DNA of 64,000 nucleotides from Camelus dromedarius (GCF_036321535.1 NC_087436.1:39000001-39064000); one strand, 5' to 3'. Shown: positions 1 to 14,540, counted from the first letter of the stretch. Notes: generated from the letters alone by a model not told the origin. Numbers and translations are program-made.

Positions 1-598
1 CTATATGTTACATTTACAAAAGTCTTGATTTAACACAGGGAGCTATATTTCCTAACTATATAGTATTGTGTTCGTTTTTATAGCGCTTGGTCTTTATACA
101 ATCAATAGGCATCTCTTTATAAGCAACCCAGATACACCAGTGTGTCTGTAGAACTGGAAGCAAGCTGCTCAGCAAGTGTGGGGTACTGAAAGCGCAAGGT
201 ACACAGATATGGCATCTCTAAAGCACTAATCTCAAAAACAAGCTGCAAGTATTCCATTATTTTCATTTTCCCGAATGTTTTACTGTTTATAATTTTCTAC
301 ACTCTAATTTTTTTTTAATTATGTCATTGATTAGAATGGGCTTCCATCCTTTCCTTGCCACTCCCCAACCCCTCTTTAAATTCTGTGGTATATCTCATTT
401 ATGCAATATATGTAGTACTTACACAGTTAGTATTACTAATAATGTTAATAGTATTAGATGAAATACTAGTAGATGTATCACTAGTGTGTTAATAATAGAT
501 GTAGTACTGATACTATTACTACAGTAGTATGTGAAAACTAAAATGTTGATAATTAATAAGTACAATACCTTTAAAAGTACTAAAGAAGATCACTATTT

Positions 599-756
599 TT
601 TTAAAGTAAAAATTTTTAGGGGGTGCAGGGGGTAATTTAGGTTTATTCTTTTATTTATTTACTTTTTTAATGAGGGTACTGGGGATTGAACCCAGGATAT
701 CATGCACGCTAAGCATGAGCTTTACCACTGAGCTATACCCTCCCCTACCCACCTCC
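599..756 (-). mobile_element. tRNA-derived SINE (camelid-type) with 14-bp target-site duplication
   Basis: Minus strand reads GGGGAGGGTATAGCTCAGTGGTAAAGC...CTGGGTTCAATCCCCAGTACC (A and B boxes) then an A-rich tail. Flanked by GAAGATCACTATTT at 585-598 and 757-770. Confidence 0.9.
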
Positions 757-1550
757 GAAGATCACTATTTAAATGTGGACTTTGTGGATTCTTTTGTAAA
801 TCAAAGAGTTACTCCTTAATTTATTAATTTTTAGATGAATGGTCACTAAGAAACCTATAAATTGAGTGGGTGTGGGACAAGATACTGGAGATATTTTACT
901 CTAAAATGAAAATTAAGTGATCAAAGAATGAATTATGAAACCATTAAAAATATATGTAAATCCCCATGGAAATTATAAAAAATAGTTAACAGTGAAAAAT
1001 AAATGTCTATTGTGTAAACTATAATCATCATAGCAGATATTATTTGGCAGTATTTTTAGTAGCATAAGTTTTGGTTTGTGTATGTGTGGAGCCTTGGGCC
1101 GTAAATCCCTAAATTACCTTTAATCTGGTTTAAAGCCTACACAATATAAATTGGAACGTGGAATTAGATAGTAATTCTCATAGTCCTACATGCGAATAAT
1201 TTCTGAGATTCTTGAACAACATTGTCATTTGAAAGAACACATAACTAATATCAATCTTTGGATTAGAAATTATTATCAAAATAACATTTTAAAATGTGGG
1301 GGTAATCTTGATATTATAATGGTGATAGTTTCTGAATCATAGCCTTCATTTTTATACTAAAAAGGACCAAGGCTTGACATTAGTATTGTAAAAATGAGTC
1401 TTTGCCTATGCTAAGGAGATACCATATATTACTATTTAAAGTCTTTTCTTAAAAGAAAAAAAATTTTCTACCAGAGAATTCAGTTCTCTGTACTATGATA
1501 AAAAACCTTGGTATTACATGCCAACAGTGTCACTCAGGATAATTGAATTA

Positions 1551-1799
<249 letters not shown>

Positions 1800-2739
1800 C
1801 TAACATTTTACTATGTCTAATTTTTCATGCAGGGGTAATTTATGAAGAAGGCATTCTTTTTATGATCTCTCAGAAAAGAGTAGTCTGAAAGTGTTAGACA
1901 TTTTAAAAACCCCTTTAAACTTATGAAATTTCTGAAAGAATTTTACCAAATCATACAATTAGTTTCTTCCTTGACTATCTTAGTATATATTTGTTCACTG
2001 AAACTGTTTACTTGATTTTTAAAAACTATACCACTTACATTAATTTATTCTGGTTTTAGATACCACAATTAATGAATTAATTTAGAAATGTATATTGCCT
2101 ACTGTGGTCTAGGCTCTGGGGAAACAGCAGTGAAGACAAAATCTCCTTCCTTTGGGAGCTGATTCTTTAGAGAAAATGTTCTTTATCTTAAATTGCTGAG
2201 AGGTCCAGTCTTCAAAATGATGAAGTAACTTGTTTCCACTGCCTTAGTTGGGCCCTGATCTTCTTATTCCCTGATGTGTCCATCCCTTGTTTACTTTGTT
2301 CCAGAGGATTTCTTACCAAACTTTTCTGCTTCCAGTCTCACCTCAATGTATTCTTCTCACATGAGCTAGAAGTTTTCTGTAAGTGTCATTTAAAAATCAC
2401 ACAAATCCCTGGCATAAATGTGAAACTGTTTTCACATTCTTCAAGGCTTCAAAGGCACAGCTATTTACTCTCCAGCTATATTACCATACCACCTAGTTAT
2501 GGCCCTCATATAATTCTCTCTTGCACAAATGTCAAAACCCTTTCCCAAGTGACCATTTCTACTTTTAGGTTTCCCTGATGCTCTTTTCCCTCTCTAAAAT
2601 GTTTTCTATTTTCTTCTGTCAAACTATGGCTATCCTTTTTTTACACTAAAAATTTGTTTATCTTTTCTAAAGACTCTTTATAACTCCACCAATAAGCTGT
2701 TATTTGTTTGCAGCAATATAATTTTCTTCTGATTCTCTT

Positions 2740-3800
2740 CAGAATCAAATCATAGTCTCTGGTAGATGGCTTCTTGCTTGCCACTTCAATGTTCAATGTT
2801 GGTATTCCTCAAAGCTCTTTTCTTACACTGTACAGTCTGCCTAGAAAATTCCATTTATGTTCATGGCTTTAATTGTAACCTAGATATTGATGATTCTAGG
2901 GTTTTGGTTTTGATCTTCAAGCCCTTCTATTCAACCACCTATTATTTTTTTCCAAATGAATGTTCCCCGGGCACCCTTTATAACCTGTCTAGGTCTGTAT
3001 ACAGCCATTTTCTAATATATCCTGCTTCTTTTTCTATACTGGTCATCTTAGCAAATGCTATCACTATTCTCAGATGTCCACAACAGAAGCATTGTCCTAA
3101 ATAATCCTTCATTTCCACAAAAAATCATTAAATATTACCAACTATACTTCTTAACGATTTTTAAAATAGGGGCTCTCAACCTTGTGTTTCTGAATCACCT
3201 TGGGCACCTACTTAAAATGTTGGTAATGGGTTCTTCCCTCCAGAGACAGTAAGTCTCAGGTATGGCTTACAAATGTTATGCACATGATTTACAAACAGAA
3301 CGTTGGGAACCCTTGCTCTAGCAAATTCCTTCTTCCTCATTACCATTATTACTTGCGTGGTTCAGGCCCTGCGCACTTCTTGTCTGGGCTTTCACAATAG
3401 CCTTCACACAAATCCTTTAGTTCTCAACCCTTCTTCCAGGCACCCTCCACATTGCCTGAGTGACCTTTTTAACTGGAAAACTTGATCAGGTGACTCACTT
3501 CCCTTACTCTGGGCTGGTGCTGTAAATGGCTCCTCGGGACAAAAATCAAAACTACTCAACGTGACACAAACGGCCCTACCCAACTGCCCAGTCTCATCTC
3601 CTACATTCACCTCTCACATTTTATGTTCCAGAGCCATGGATCTGCTTGAAGCTTCTTGTGCCCCTTTATGGCTCCTTACTTCTTCTATTTGTTCACTGTA
3701 CCTGGAATGCTCTCTCTAACTCTTGTTGACTTCAACTTCCTATTTGAAGTCTTAGCTTGAGGTTATCTCTTCTATGTATCCATTCCTGGCTTTCCTAGGA
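2740..3800 (+). mobile_element. Degraded L2 fragments interrupted by a MER5A-like hAT element (~3165-3320)
   Basis: L2-like phrases (catggctttaattgtaacctagatattgatgattc; gtgactcacttcccttactc; cctggaatgctctc) and MER5-like gaatcaccttgggcacct...ttgggaacccttg. Boundaries approximate. Confidence 0.6.
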
Positions 3801-5134
3801 AACCAGAATTAACCTTTTCCTGTGTCTTTCCTTTGTATAGCATACATAACTCCATTATCATAACTATCACATTTTATTTTCTGTCCCTTTTATAAAATTG
3901 ATCAGAGGTCAGCCATATAAAAATTAGAAATTTAAAAATATTGCATTTTAAAAATTTTCTTGAAATCCCACCACCCAAAGATAAATTTTGTATATTTTCT
4001 CCCCAGTTTCTCTTCATCCATAAACATAATGATCACATAACTATAATTCTAATGCACAAGGAACTTTGTATTTTATTGCTAATCAGTTTTGTTTGAAATA
4101 TTTTTTAAAGTTTCTGCATCATGTTCATGACCATTTTAAGGGTTTTATAATCATATGTCGACTGGAGGAACCATAATTGGTCTAATCTTTTCACATTTTT
4201 CTAGTATTCTGGGTTTTCCAATTTTTAATATAATTAACTAATAACTTTTTCTATTTTGATATACTGGGTTATTTACAGGAAAGAATGTGCATATGTTTAA
4301 CCTCTCAGAATTATTACAATTCAGTAATTCGACATGTCAACATTTTTGCTTGACTTTTAAGTATGTCTTTAATATAAACTTTACATTCAAAGAATTTAAG
4401 TTGTCTTGTGGATACACAGTAGATCAGTCAATAACATTTTTTGTTGAATTAGAATAAGTTATAGTTTGCTTCCTGAATTTGTTGTACTTTTCAACTCATC
4501 AACCAAGAAGGAAGGATCCATTACTGTTGCTTCTTGACAAACTATGTGATAACCTACAAATTCCCCTTTTCTTAGTCTGTATTACATAGGTATGTCCTAA
4601 TATTCAATAATTTAATATTTAGCTTTAAATAACTATATGAATTTATACTTTTAAAATTTCTCTTTATATATACATATATACACACAGATAGATATATTTT
4701 TATTATTTTCTTTATTTTATTATTTAGTAACTATTTTATTATTAGATTACTGACAGTAAATAAAATGCATAATATGATATTGAATTATGTATGCAGAGAG
4801 GAAATGAGACTACAAATATGGTGTGGACATTCATCCTGTTTCCCTATGTATGAATTCCTTGAGGATAGAGATGAATTTTCCTATTCCTTTTGCAATTTTC
4901 TTAGTTTATAATAATGATTATATAAAAAAAATTTTAACTTAGTGATGAAAGTACTGGATTGTATCAACATAAACTTTTCTATATGTCTTCTCTTTCCTAT
5001 TAAAAAAAACCCCTAACATTCCAAACATTAGAAAGCAAGAGGTTGCAGTACAGTGGTTGGCGCTAAAAGAATATATATAGTCTATTATGTGTTAAGGATA
5101 TAAAAGTGGATAGGAAAAGAATTAATTTTAACTG

Positions 5135-5360
5135 AATACTTTATTATATGTTACAGGTGAAACTTGCATTATCATATTTTATTCTCACTATGACCCTGTT
5201 CAGTGTGATTTATTTTTCTTATTTTACAGACTGAGGAAACTGAGACTCAAAGAGATTTATTTTATTTCCCAACACAGTAGTAAAATGGGCAGGGATGGAA
5301 GGATCCAGTAGGTTGAACCAACATCTGTCTGATTCTAAAGCTTGTTTCTCCCCACCATGT
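5135..5360 (-). mobile_element. MIR SINE
   Basis: MIR core attttacaga..gaggaaactgagactcaaagag, ending ttgaacc...tctgtctgattctaaagc. Confidence 0.75.
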
Positions 5361-6493
5361 GTTTAATGTTGTATGTGTAGAATATGTTTCCTGCTTTTCT
5401 GCTGTAGAAAAGCCGTTGGAAAGCTATTTGAGAAACTTATTACAACTTCACTTCAGAATTCTATGCATTCTAATTGTGCATTTGGTTTCCATTAATGTTA
5501 TTTTATTATGTCCATTGATACTTTTTTCTCATTGTGTTCAGTAAGAACGTCCTAATAAATCCAAGCTCATCATTGACTAATATTCGACTTACTTTTTAAA
5601 TAAGATTTCATATTATACAGTTGCTTTACTTTTATGTTTTCAAAAACCCTATTGTCATCTGAGAATTCTAGAATTACTTTCACTAAATTTACTATTTAAC
5701 TTACAAAAATATGACAGGTGTTGCTAATTTCACTATATCTATATAAGTTTTTGAAAATTTTATAAATCTATTTTATACATTACTTGAGGAAAAACTTAAA
5801 GATCGTTTGCTTTGAGTTATTTTGAAAAGGTATTGTCTAAATAGATCAGATAATTTTTCTGATTTAATATTTCAAAATCGAACAATATTTCTAAATAACA
5901 TTAACTGACTTGGATAAGGATTTGCTTCTCTTTTAAGATAATAAACAAATATACTGTCTTAAGGATTAAAGTCCTCTAAGGAAGCAGAAAATACAAAAGC
6001 AATCTCCACAAGGTCATTTCACATGAGGCATCTGTAAATTTGGTACCAGACCTGGATTTAATTCTTGATCAGTCAGTATTGGCTTATAGCTATTCATAAT
6101 GTCAGGTTCTTAATTTGTAAAATGAGTATTATCATAAGTATATAATAATTATTAAATTAAAGAAGACATATATATCACTTGATAAATTGTATAGTTCTAT
6201 ACAAATAGGATTACAATATAATTACAAACAACTTAATTTTAATACAGTAGGTGATTGCCAATAACTACAATGGACCATCTGAAAGAACATAAGACTACTA
6301 TAAATGTTTTACATGACTTTTCTAGGGCTGAATCTTTACATTTATCTTGAAAATGTATCTATATCTACAAAATAGATACATAATAAGAAAAACTGTATTA
6401 TTTATATACCATTTGCTAAAGGATCTAAATAACTTGAGTCATATATTTAAGTGCACAGCACCTTATTGTTCTGTCTGTGAGAGGATTACTTAC

Positions 6494-6623
6494 CTGGTGC
6501 AATATTTTCAGGATTTGGTGGACTTCGTGGATCCGGGGTGTTGGGAGGAGTAAATGGGGCTTGCTGTGAACCACTTTCCAAGTTGCTTCCATCCATTTTC
6601 TCATTCTGCATAGCAATGTTGTA
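6494..6623 (-). CDS. MYOZ2: Myozenin-2 coding exon (exon 4), 130 nt
   Basis: Encodes [43 protein letters not shown](G). Acceptor AATACAG|TAC, donor CCAG|GTAAGT. Confidence 0.97.
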
Positions 6624-9600
6624 CTGTATTTGACCAAAAGTAAACTCAGCTGAAAACTCAAAAAATATCAGATACACCAATAGGAGATATCATTTGTACA
6701 ATGCTACATTTATATACTTAGAATTTAGAATTTAAATACAATGCCACTTCATTACTTCATGAGGTTTCAATAATTTATGTGGTAATTGGTTGAGCTATTG
6801 AGTGAGAAATTTTACTGTTACCAATCTAAGATCTCTTTTATGATGACAATCCACTAAACAATAATTAATTGAGCCTTATTGTGTGCCAGGCACTGTGTCC
6901 AGGGCTTTGTATCAATTATTTAATTTACTGTTAACGACATCCCCATAAAGTAAATCTATTTCATTTTTAAGCCTTTGTTAATTTAATATTATACAGCATA
7001 CTCGCCAAACATTTGGCTTAGTCATTGTTACATTACTACTTTATTTATAGTTGAAATTAAATTATATTCTTTAGTATGTTTTGTTTCAAAATTTAATCTG
7101 AAATTCATATAGCAGTCATGTATAACCAAAAGAAAAAAATTGTACTTTAAGCTACATGGACTTATAGAAAGAAGAATTTGGGATTTCTAGAAAATAAAAA
7201 GCTTAAAAGAGCATTTGTCGTTAATGTTTTAGGTCAATTTGTTTTACTATTACAATTTAGGATTTACTCTATGGCAGTTTAGCACTTTAAAAACAGTCAA
7301 TTTGCATTTTACTGGAGAAAAAGAGACATTGTAATAGGTTATAGCCTCAGAAGTATGGCTAGGGCTTATCTCTATAATAAGATATTATTTTGGTTATATA
7401 TGGGAAATATGTATATATTTTAAAAAGAAGCCAATCTATTTAAGAAATATATAAAGTCAAATCATCTTGTAACTTCAGAAAGAAATTTATTGACGATCAC
7501 GGCAAATAAAGACCAATTTTGACTTTTATTCTGTGACATAAGCAGAAAATATTTAAAACATTTTTCATTTTTTATTTATTTATAAGATGATTAGGTGAAG
7601 TAAAATTTTATAATTTAATACTTACTTAACTTTATAGAAATGTGAGGATAAAAGACTATTTTGTCCTAAAATCCAAATGCTTACCATAATTAAAGACCAT
7701 AAATTAAGACCTCACCTAAAATTATGAAGAAAATAAAGTTTATCCCATTTTCAGGTTTCAGCTACCCACAGCCACTCTCCAGGGGGCTTTCCTATTCACC
7801 TTACTCTAGTCAGCACCCTGGTAAAGTTGCTGTGGAGATGAGTAGGGCAATCTGTGTTAGCAGTGGTAAACCAGCTTGTTCAAAGATGCAGGAAGGCATG
7901 AGAGAGGTAACATTTACTAGTTAAGTACAAGGTATTGATTACTGGGCATAAGCGTTTGCAGTTTATTCAATAGACATAAGAAACAGTTTCTAAAGATGAG
8001 TAATGCTGTACTCAGATACATCAGTCTGGTATTCAGTGTTTTGAGTTTAGCTATTATTTTAAGTGTTCAATTTAATGGACTAGATTAGTATCTTTTTTCA
8101 CTTTTGAACCTACACCACCTCTTAGAAAAGAGAAATGTTTTTGCTGACATTAATTATAAATAAAAGACAGTTGAGATAAATATAGAAAGTTTAACTGTAT
8201 CATGCATAAAGAATTACTTATTCTGAGTTACTGAAATGTATCCATGAAATGAATTTCACCTAAACTTACAAATCATTCTACCTACATTAATTTAAGAATT
8301 GTAATATTGACCTCCTTTATAGTATTTTACCCAGGGATTAATGATGAACAGGAAAATCAACTCTTTCCAACTAGTCATTAATTATCAGGAGACACCCAGT
8401 ACCTCTTTTGTCATTGTTAAGTATACAAACAGAGCCTTATAATAGTTGGTTAGTGACTTATTTTAGTTATGACATGAGCCTTAAATTATAGAGTTCCCTC
8501 ATGTGTAATTCCCTTCTGGAAAAGTTGGAAAGACAAGTGAAATGTATTTCTTTCTATTTCAGTTAAATTGACCATAAATAAAATAAAACTAGAGCACTAT
8601 CTTATAGATTACAAACATGTAAGTTATAAGCATGTGTTTATATATATTTCATAATTTTTGTTGCAATATCAATAGAAATAAAAGGGTTTAGAAAAGAAGT
8701 GTTCTATATTTTGTGCCAAATGTAAAGTAGAAGTTTTTTTGTTTTTTTTTTTTTTAACAAAATAGATATTCAGAATCTCAGTATATTTAGTTTGGTCTTA
8801 ATTCACAACTACTTTTTATAGTATACCTCCCCTTTTCCCAGTATTATTTAAGATTTCTAAGGATTTCAAAAAGTCCCTAGTTACTAAAAACATAAGTAGT
8901 CTTAACTATAAAATGTGGATTGTTTTGATTAGTATCCTTTTGTAATGATTTATAGAAGAGAGTTTAATTATGATGAATCAATCTTCTATTTTGTTTTCCC
9001 TCATATGTTTATTTCCTTCATTACTCTGCCTCTTTTTTTTCCTATTCATGTATGAAGCTGATCAGTTCATGAATTAGGGCTTCAAAAGTGGCATGTATAA
9101 CAAGCATATTTCCTATATTTTTTAAGTCATAGCAAGGTTTGTGTGGCCTGAATTTGCCTGTTTCTCAGCAATAGATTAAGCTCAAAGCTGTGCTTATTTT
9201 TTTAAATGATTCTTAATATTTAAACAAATGGCACTGATAACCAGGGAGTTGGTTTATATTTTCATCTAATGAGGTCCTAACATTATAATAAAATAAGAAA
9301 TGCATAAATATACACTAAATAATTATTTTGACAGTATCTATAGCTCAAGGGAAGCAGTAAAAGTAAAAGCTCATTTCAGAAAATGAGGTCAATAAATTAA
9401 TTTGATATAAATCATATAAATATGATTCAAGAACTAGATTATAAGCAAATAGTTTTTATCTTTCAATATTATTTTGTCTCTCTATCACTAGACAAAGGCT
9501 GTATCTATTTATCTTTGAAGTCCCAGCATATTTTCTAGAACATAGTAGGTATTTAATAAATATTTGCCAAAAGTATAAATAAATGAATGGAAATAAACCT

Positions 9601-11508
9601 GAACCTAATATTATTTTTTAAATTCTTATCATATTAACAATGCTTGCTCCAAGTTACAGTTTAATGCCTTGATAAAACAAATGGTGTCATCATATGATGT
9701 AGCTCACTGTCTTCCTCCTACTTTATTTTACACGTCATTTTTAGAATTAAGATCAGAGAACATAGATCTTTAAAGTTATAAGTCGCATTTGAGAAACTGG
9801 AAAACATTTGAGTCAACCTCTTATTTCATAAATGAGAAAACAGGTTCAGAAGGGCAAAAAAACTTTTAAATTGCCTCCAATTTGCACAGCTTGTTGGAGA
9901 GCCAGGACTGAACACTGGTCTTCTGGTTCCTAGGCCAGAGTGTCCTTTAATTACACCACGACAAGTGTCAGTGCCAAGAACTCTGGAATTCTGAGAGCTG
10001 AGTTTCAGTCTACTTTATTTTGCCATTGCTTTCGTTAAATTAATATATGTAAATATAAGTTATGAAAACTGGATTTATTCATTTATTTAGATGCCTAAAC
10101 TTGTAGGTAACTTTTCAAAGAATTTTCATTAAGCCACCTTATTTTATGCTATTCCTTAAAGCTGCTTCTCTGTTGTTATTATTAATGGAATATGATTATA
10201 TTGTTAGACTCTGTCAGATGAAGTAAGGATTATTTCAGGCTCATAGTGTATTAACTGTAGACATTTTCTGATAAGAGGATACTAAGCATAATTATAGGAT
10301 AACATAACATTGTATTTATCCATGACTGCAAGTGAAAATCATCCCTCATAAATGTAAATACTGTAGTTGAGTAAAACTTGATGTCTAACTGAATTCATAA
10401 TTATAACCACATTCAATCTGTGGATGTTGAAGGGTGCTCAGCAATGTGAAAAAGAAACCTGTTTAATTTAAGATGTCCTCCAACCGTTTACTGTTAACCA
10501 GAATCAAAACAAGGGAAATAGAAATTTCAGGAATGAATAACATTTTAGTGTTTGTGGGTGTGGATGTTACTTCTGTAATATGTTTCAGTAATATGATAAA
10601 AGATCAGTGATACTAGTCTGTTTGCTGTAAAGTATTTAGCTGTGCATTCAAAACAATGTTCTAATGATGGCAGCTGGCTACATTTCAGGTTTAAATTCAT
10701 ACGTAAACTTACAGACTTTTCATAGCTATAGGAAGTAACCCTCAGGATATAAAACTTATATTTGTTGTAGTCTTCACCATCTCTTCAAATTTAAAACCAA
10801 TGCACTATTCCTTTTTGATTCTTTATGGCTGGTATTTTATTTTTAAGGCCATTTTCCCAGAGCTGGTTGTTTTTCTACTATGAACTTCTTCCTCTAAAAT
10901 CTCTCTAAATGATAGTTTAAAAGAACATGGTATTAATGCAATATGTAAACTATAATTTAATTAATTAATTTGTTTTTAAACTTTTGGTTGAGGAAAACTT
11001 TTGTCCAAAGAGTTTTCTTCACATTGGTTTTGTTGTTAATACGTACCAGACTTCCCTACACAAATATGGAATTAATGCTTTGAGAGGAGATCAACTGTGT
11101 CTGTAGTTCCCAGGCACATTTCAGTGCCAGAATATGTTCAGCCAATAAAATGCTTATACTTACTTTATGGAGCACTGTGTGCTTTGGAAGTGTTTCCATC
11201 CCAAACATTTAACTAGTGGTGATAAGGCCATGGAAACTTTTAGTACCACCAATCTTCACTCCCTCTCCCTCCTCTTAGCAGAACAGACCAGTTGTTCAGT
11301 AAAATGTCTCTATTGAACTAAAAAGATACTCATATCATGCATAATATTTCTTTTGTTTATCCACCTATTTATTACTTTCATGAAAAAAAAAAGTCTAGCA
11401 GGATCAATAGAAAGAAAATGTGTAGACTTATTTGGGAACCTAGTAATACATTTAAATTTAGAAATGCTGCCCATTTATTTAGATACCATATGATCAAGGT
11501 ATACCTAC

Positions 11509-11678
11509 ATTTATTTGTGCTTTAGATTCATACTGGAGATTTTCAAATGTATATTTATCAGATCTTCTTTGTCGCATCTTAAATAGTCTGGCACCACGGT
11601 TACTGAGATGGGATAATTCTTCCAACATGATGTCTCTGGGGATGCTGACTTTTTTGCCCAGATCCATGCCATCCACAT
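11509..11678 (-). CDS. MYOZ2: Myozenin-2 coding exon (exon 3), 170 nt
   Basis: Encodes (D)[56 protein letters not shown], the conserved calsarcin N-terminal motif. Acceptor TTTTACAG|AT, donor AAT|GTAGGT. Confidence 0.98.
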
Positions 11679-11769
11679 CTGTAAAATAATATTCATGTGC
11701 ATAAAAACCCCAAGGTAAGCATTTTTAAATGCTCTGTTAAGTTCCATTATTTATTGCCTGCTATATGCT

Positions 11770-12015
11770 AGCATGGTGACTAAGATATAGGCTCTTTACC
11801 AAGGCTGCCTTGGGTTGAATACTGGCTCTATTACTTTCTAACTATATGATTATAGACATGTTACTTATTTTTTCTAAACCTCAAATTCCTTATCTCTAAA
11901 GTGGGGCAAATAATAATAATACTGCATAGGGTTAATATGAGGATTAAATAAGATGTTTCATATCAAACACCTAGTATTGTATTTGGCACATAGAGTGAAT
12001 CAAAGTTAGCTAATA
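11770..12015 (+). mobile_element. MIR SINE next to the exon 3 acceptor
   Basis: gggttgaatactggctct...ctaaacctcaaattccttatctctaaagtgggg...gaggattaaataagat...tggcacatag. Confidence 0.8.
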
Positions 12016-14540
12016 ACACTTAGTTTAGTCTTTCCTTATATAGTGAGTTTTCAAACAGCACTGTTCATAGTTCTCTTCAAAAGCTCTGTTTGACTCCCCC
12101 ACATTTTTATGTATCAGTTTGAGCTGTCTCTATTACAAGAATGCCTGCCATTCAGCCCGTGTCGCCCATTTCTCTGTCTCTGTCAGAATACTATTCATTC
12201 TGCATCAGGCACCAAGGAGCCTAACATAAAGTAGGTAGGTGATAAGTATTGAATGAACAAATTTTTCTCAATCCAGATTAAGTTCTATTTCATCAATCCC
12301 TTCTCTGAAATCTCTGATATTCATAATTATTCATGCCTTTTCTGTATTTCCAAAGCACTGAATCACAATAACTTGATTCCATTTTACATATTTTATGGTT
12401 TACATTTTCTTCATTTTAGTTGTTTTGTGCCCCCATGCCTTAAATATAGGAGATGTTCAGTAAACAACTATTATTTTCTATATCTAGTACTGAAGGACTT
12501 TTCTAAAATCCAAAAGAAATAAAACTCCTCCACTTGCTCTTTTAATCAGAAATATTTTTCTGTGTAACCCACAGAGTTCTTTTACCACTATGGACTGCTG
12601 TGAAATGCACAGGAAGAAAAATTGGGCCATTTGTAAAATAAATAATTAGTCTGTTGATTGGGACAACATTTTTTGATGAAGTGACAAGTTAACCCTAATA
12701 ATTAGGCTTTTGGAGGTGTTTAGGGATAAAACAATAAAATTATTTATAAATATTTTCCCCATTTTACTTTGGAAAAGAAATCAACTTGTTTTTATATTTT
12801 GATGTTACATGGAGAGAAGCTCTACTAATTATAAAAATGATAATATTAAAACTTCTGCTTCTGGGAAGATAGAATAGATCTACTTTTCCCTATATCTCTA
12901 CTAAGTAAAACTAAAAATCCTGGAAATTATGTAGAAAATAAGCAAAAACACTCTGAAAGTTGCAGAGAAGAAGACAGACCAGCTTGGGACCTCAGGACCC
13001 AAGAACAACATGGTGGTGAGTTCTCTGGGATTTTTTACCCCCATATATCCCAGACTTGGAGCTGAACATGCTAGCAACCCAGACACATCAATGGATACAG
13101 CCAAAAACTTACAATAAGATTGTTTTCACTAGCCGAGACCAGGGAAAGAGCAGCCTAGAAAGACAGAAAACTTTTAGACAATAGTGACTCTATTTCAGCC
13201 AAATATCACAGCAAAAACTTTGGCTTCACCCATATCAACAAAGTGCAGGTGGGAAGCCCAGAATTTTGCCCTTGCAAGGCTATAATGAGGTGCCCCAATG
13301 CCCCCACAAGGGTGGTATCAGAGAGGCCAAGGAGGAAGCTGAACTTTCATCCCTGTCATACAGTAACAACCCTCCATCCTTGCAATGCTGGTGGAAACCA
13401 GGTAGGAATTCTGAACTCCTACCTACTCCTAGCGGTAACTAAGTGGGCCCCCTCAAGTTTCAGTGAGGATCAGGTGGGGAACCTGAACTCCTATCTTCTT
13501 CCACCTTGCAGTGAAGAGGTGGCACTCTCCTCCTCCTGCTGAAGCAGCATCATACTAGGATACATAAAACAGAGGGCTTCAACAAGAGCAAGAGTCTTGG
13601 AACTTAATATGAAAATGTGCAGGCTCAAATAAAAAATAAATCATTTGTCATACCAAGAATCAGGAAGATCTCAAACTGAGTGAAAAAAGAAAGATACTAA
13701 TGTGAGATATTAAAATTATATGACAAAGATTTTAAAGCAGCCATGATGAAAATGCTTCAAAGAGCAATTACAAAGTTTCTGGAAACAAATTTTTAAAAAA
13801 TAGAAAATTTTAGCAAGGAAATAGAAAGTCATGGCAGAGGAATAAAACTTGTAAAGAACCAAATGGAAACTTTAGAAATGAAAAATAAAATACCCCAAAT
13901 AAAATGTTCAGTGGATGGAGTCAATAGCAGAATGGAGGGGAGAAAGGAAAGAATCAATGAACTGAGAGAAAGAAAAATGACATTACCCAATGAGAACAAC
14001 AGAGGAAAAAATGGACTAAAATAATAATAATAATAAACAAAGCCTTAGGGATTAGTGGGACCAGAGCAAAAGAAATAGCATTTTTGTCTTTGAAACCCCA
14101 GAAGGAGAGGAGAAGGAGTGTGGGCCTGGAAAAGTACTCAAAGAAATGATGGCCTAGAACTTCCCAAATTTGGCAAGAGACATAAACCTATGGATTCAAG
14201 AAGCTAACAGTATTCTATGAAAGGTAAAGCTATAGAGCTCTACAATAAGAGATATTATAAACTTCTAAAAGCTAAATATAAAGGAAAAATCTTGAAAGTA
14301 GCCAGAGAAAAATGACAACTTACCTATAGGGAGAAAAAAATGAGAATGACAGTGGATTTCTCATCAGAAACCATGAAGACCAGAAGGAAGTGGCACAAAA
14401 ATGCTGAAAGAAAAGAAATGTCAACCTAGAATCTGATACCCAGTGAAAATATTCTTTAGATATAAAGGGAAAGTAGAGATATCTTCAGATGAAGGAAAGA
14501 TAGAAGATTTGTTGCCTGGAGATCTACCCTAAAAGAATGG

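Noticed and set aside
671..745. tRNA-like sequence
   Set aside because: It is a SINE head with tail and TSD, not a tRNA gene.
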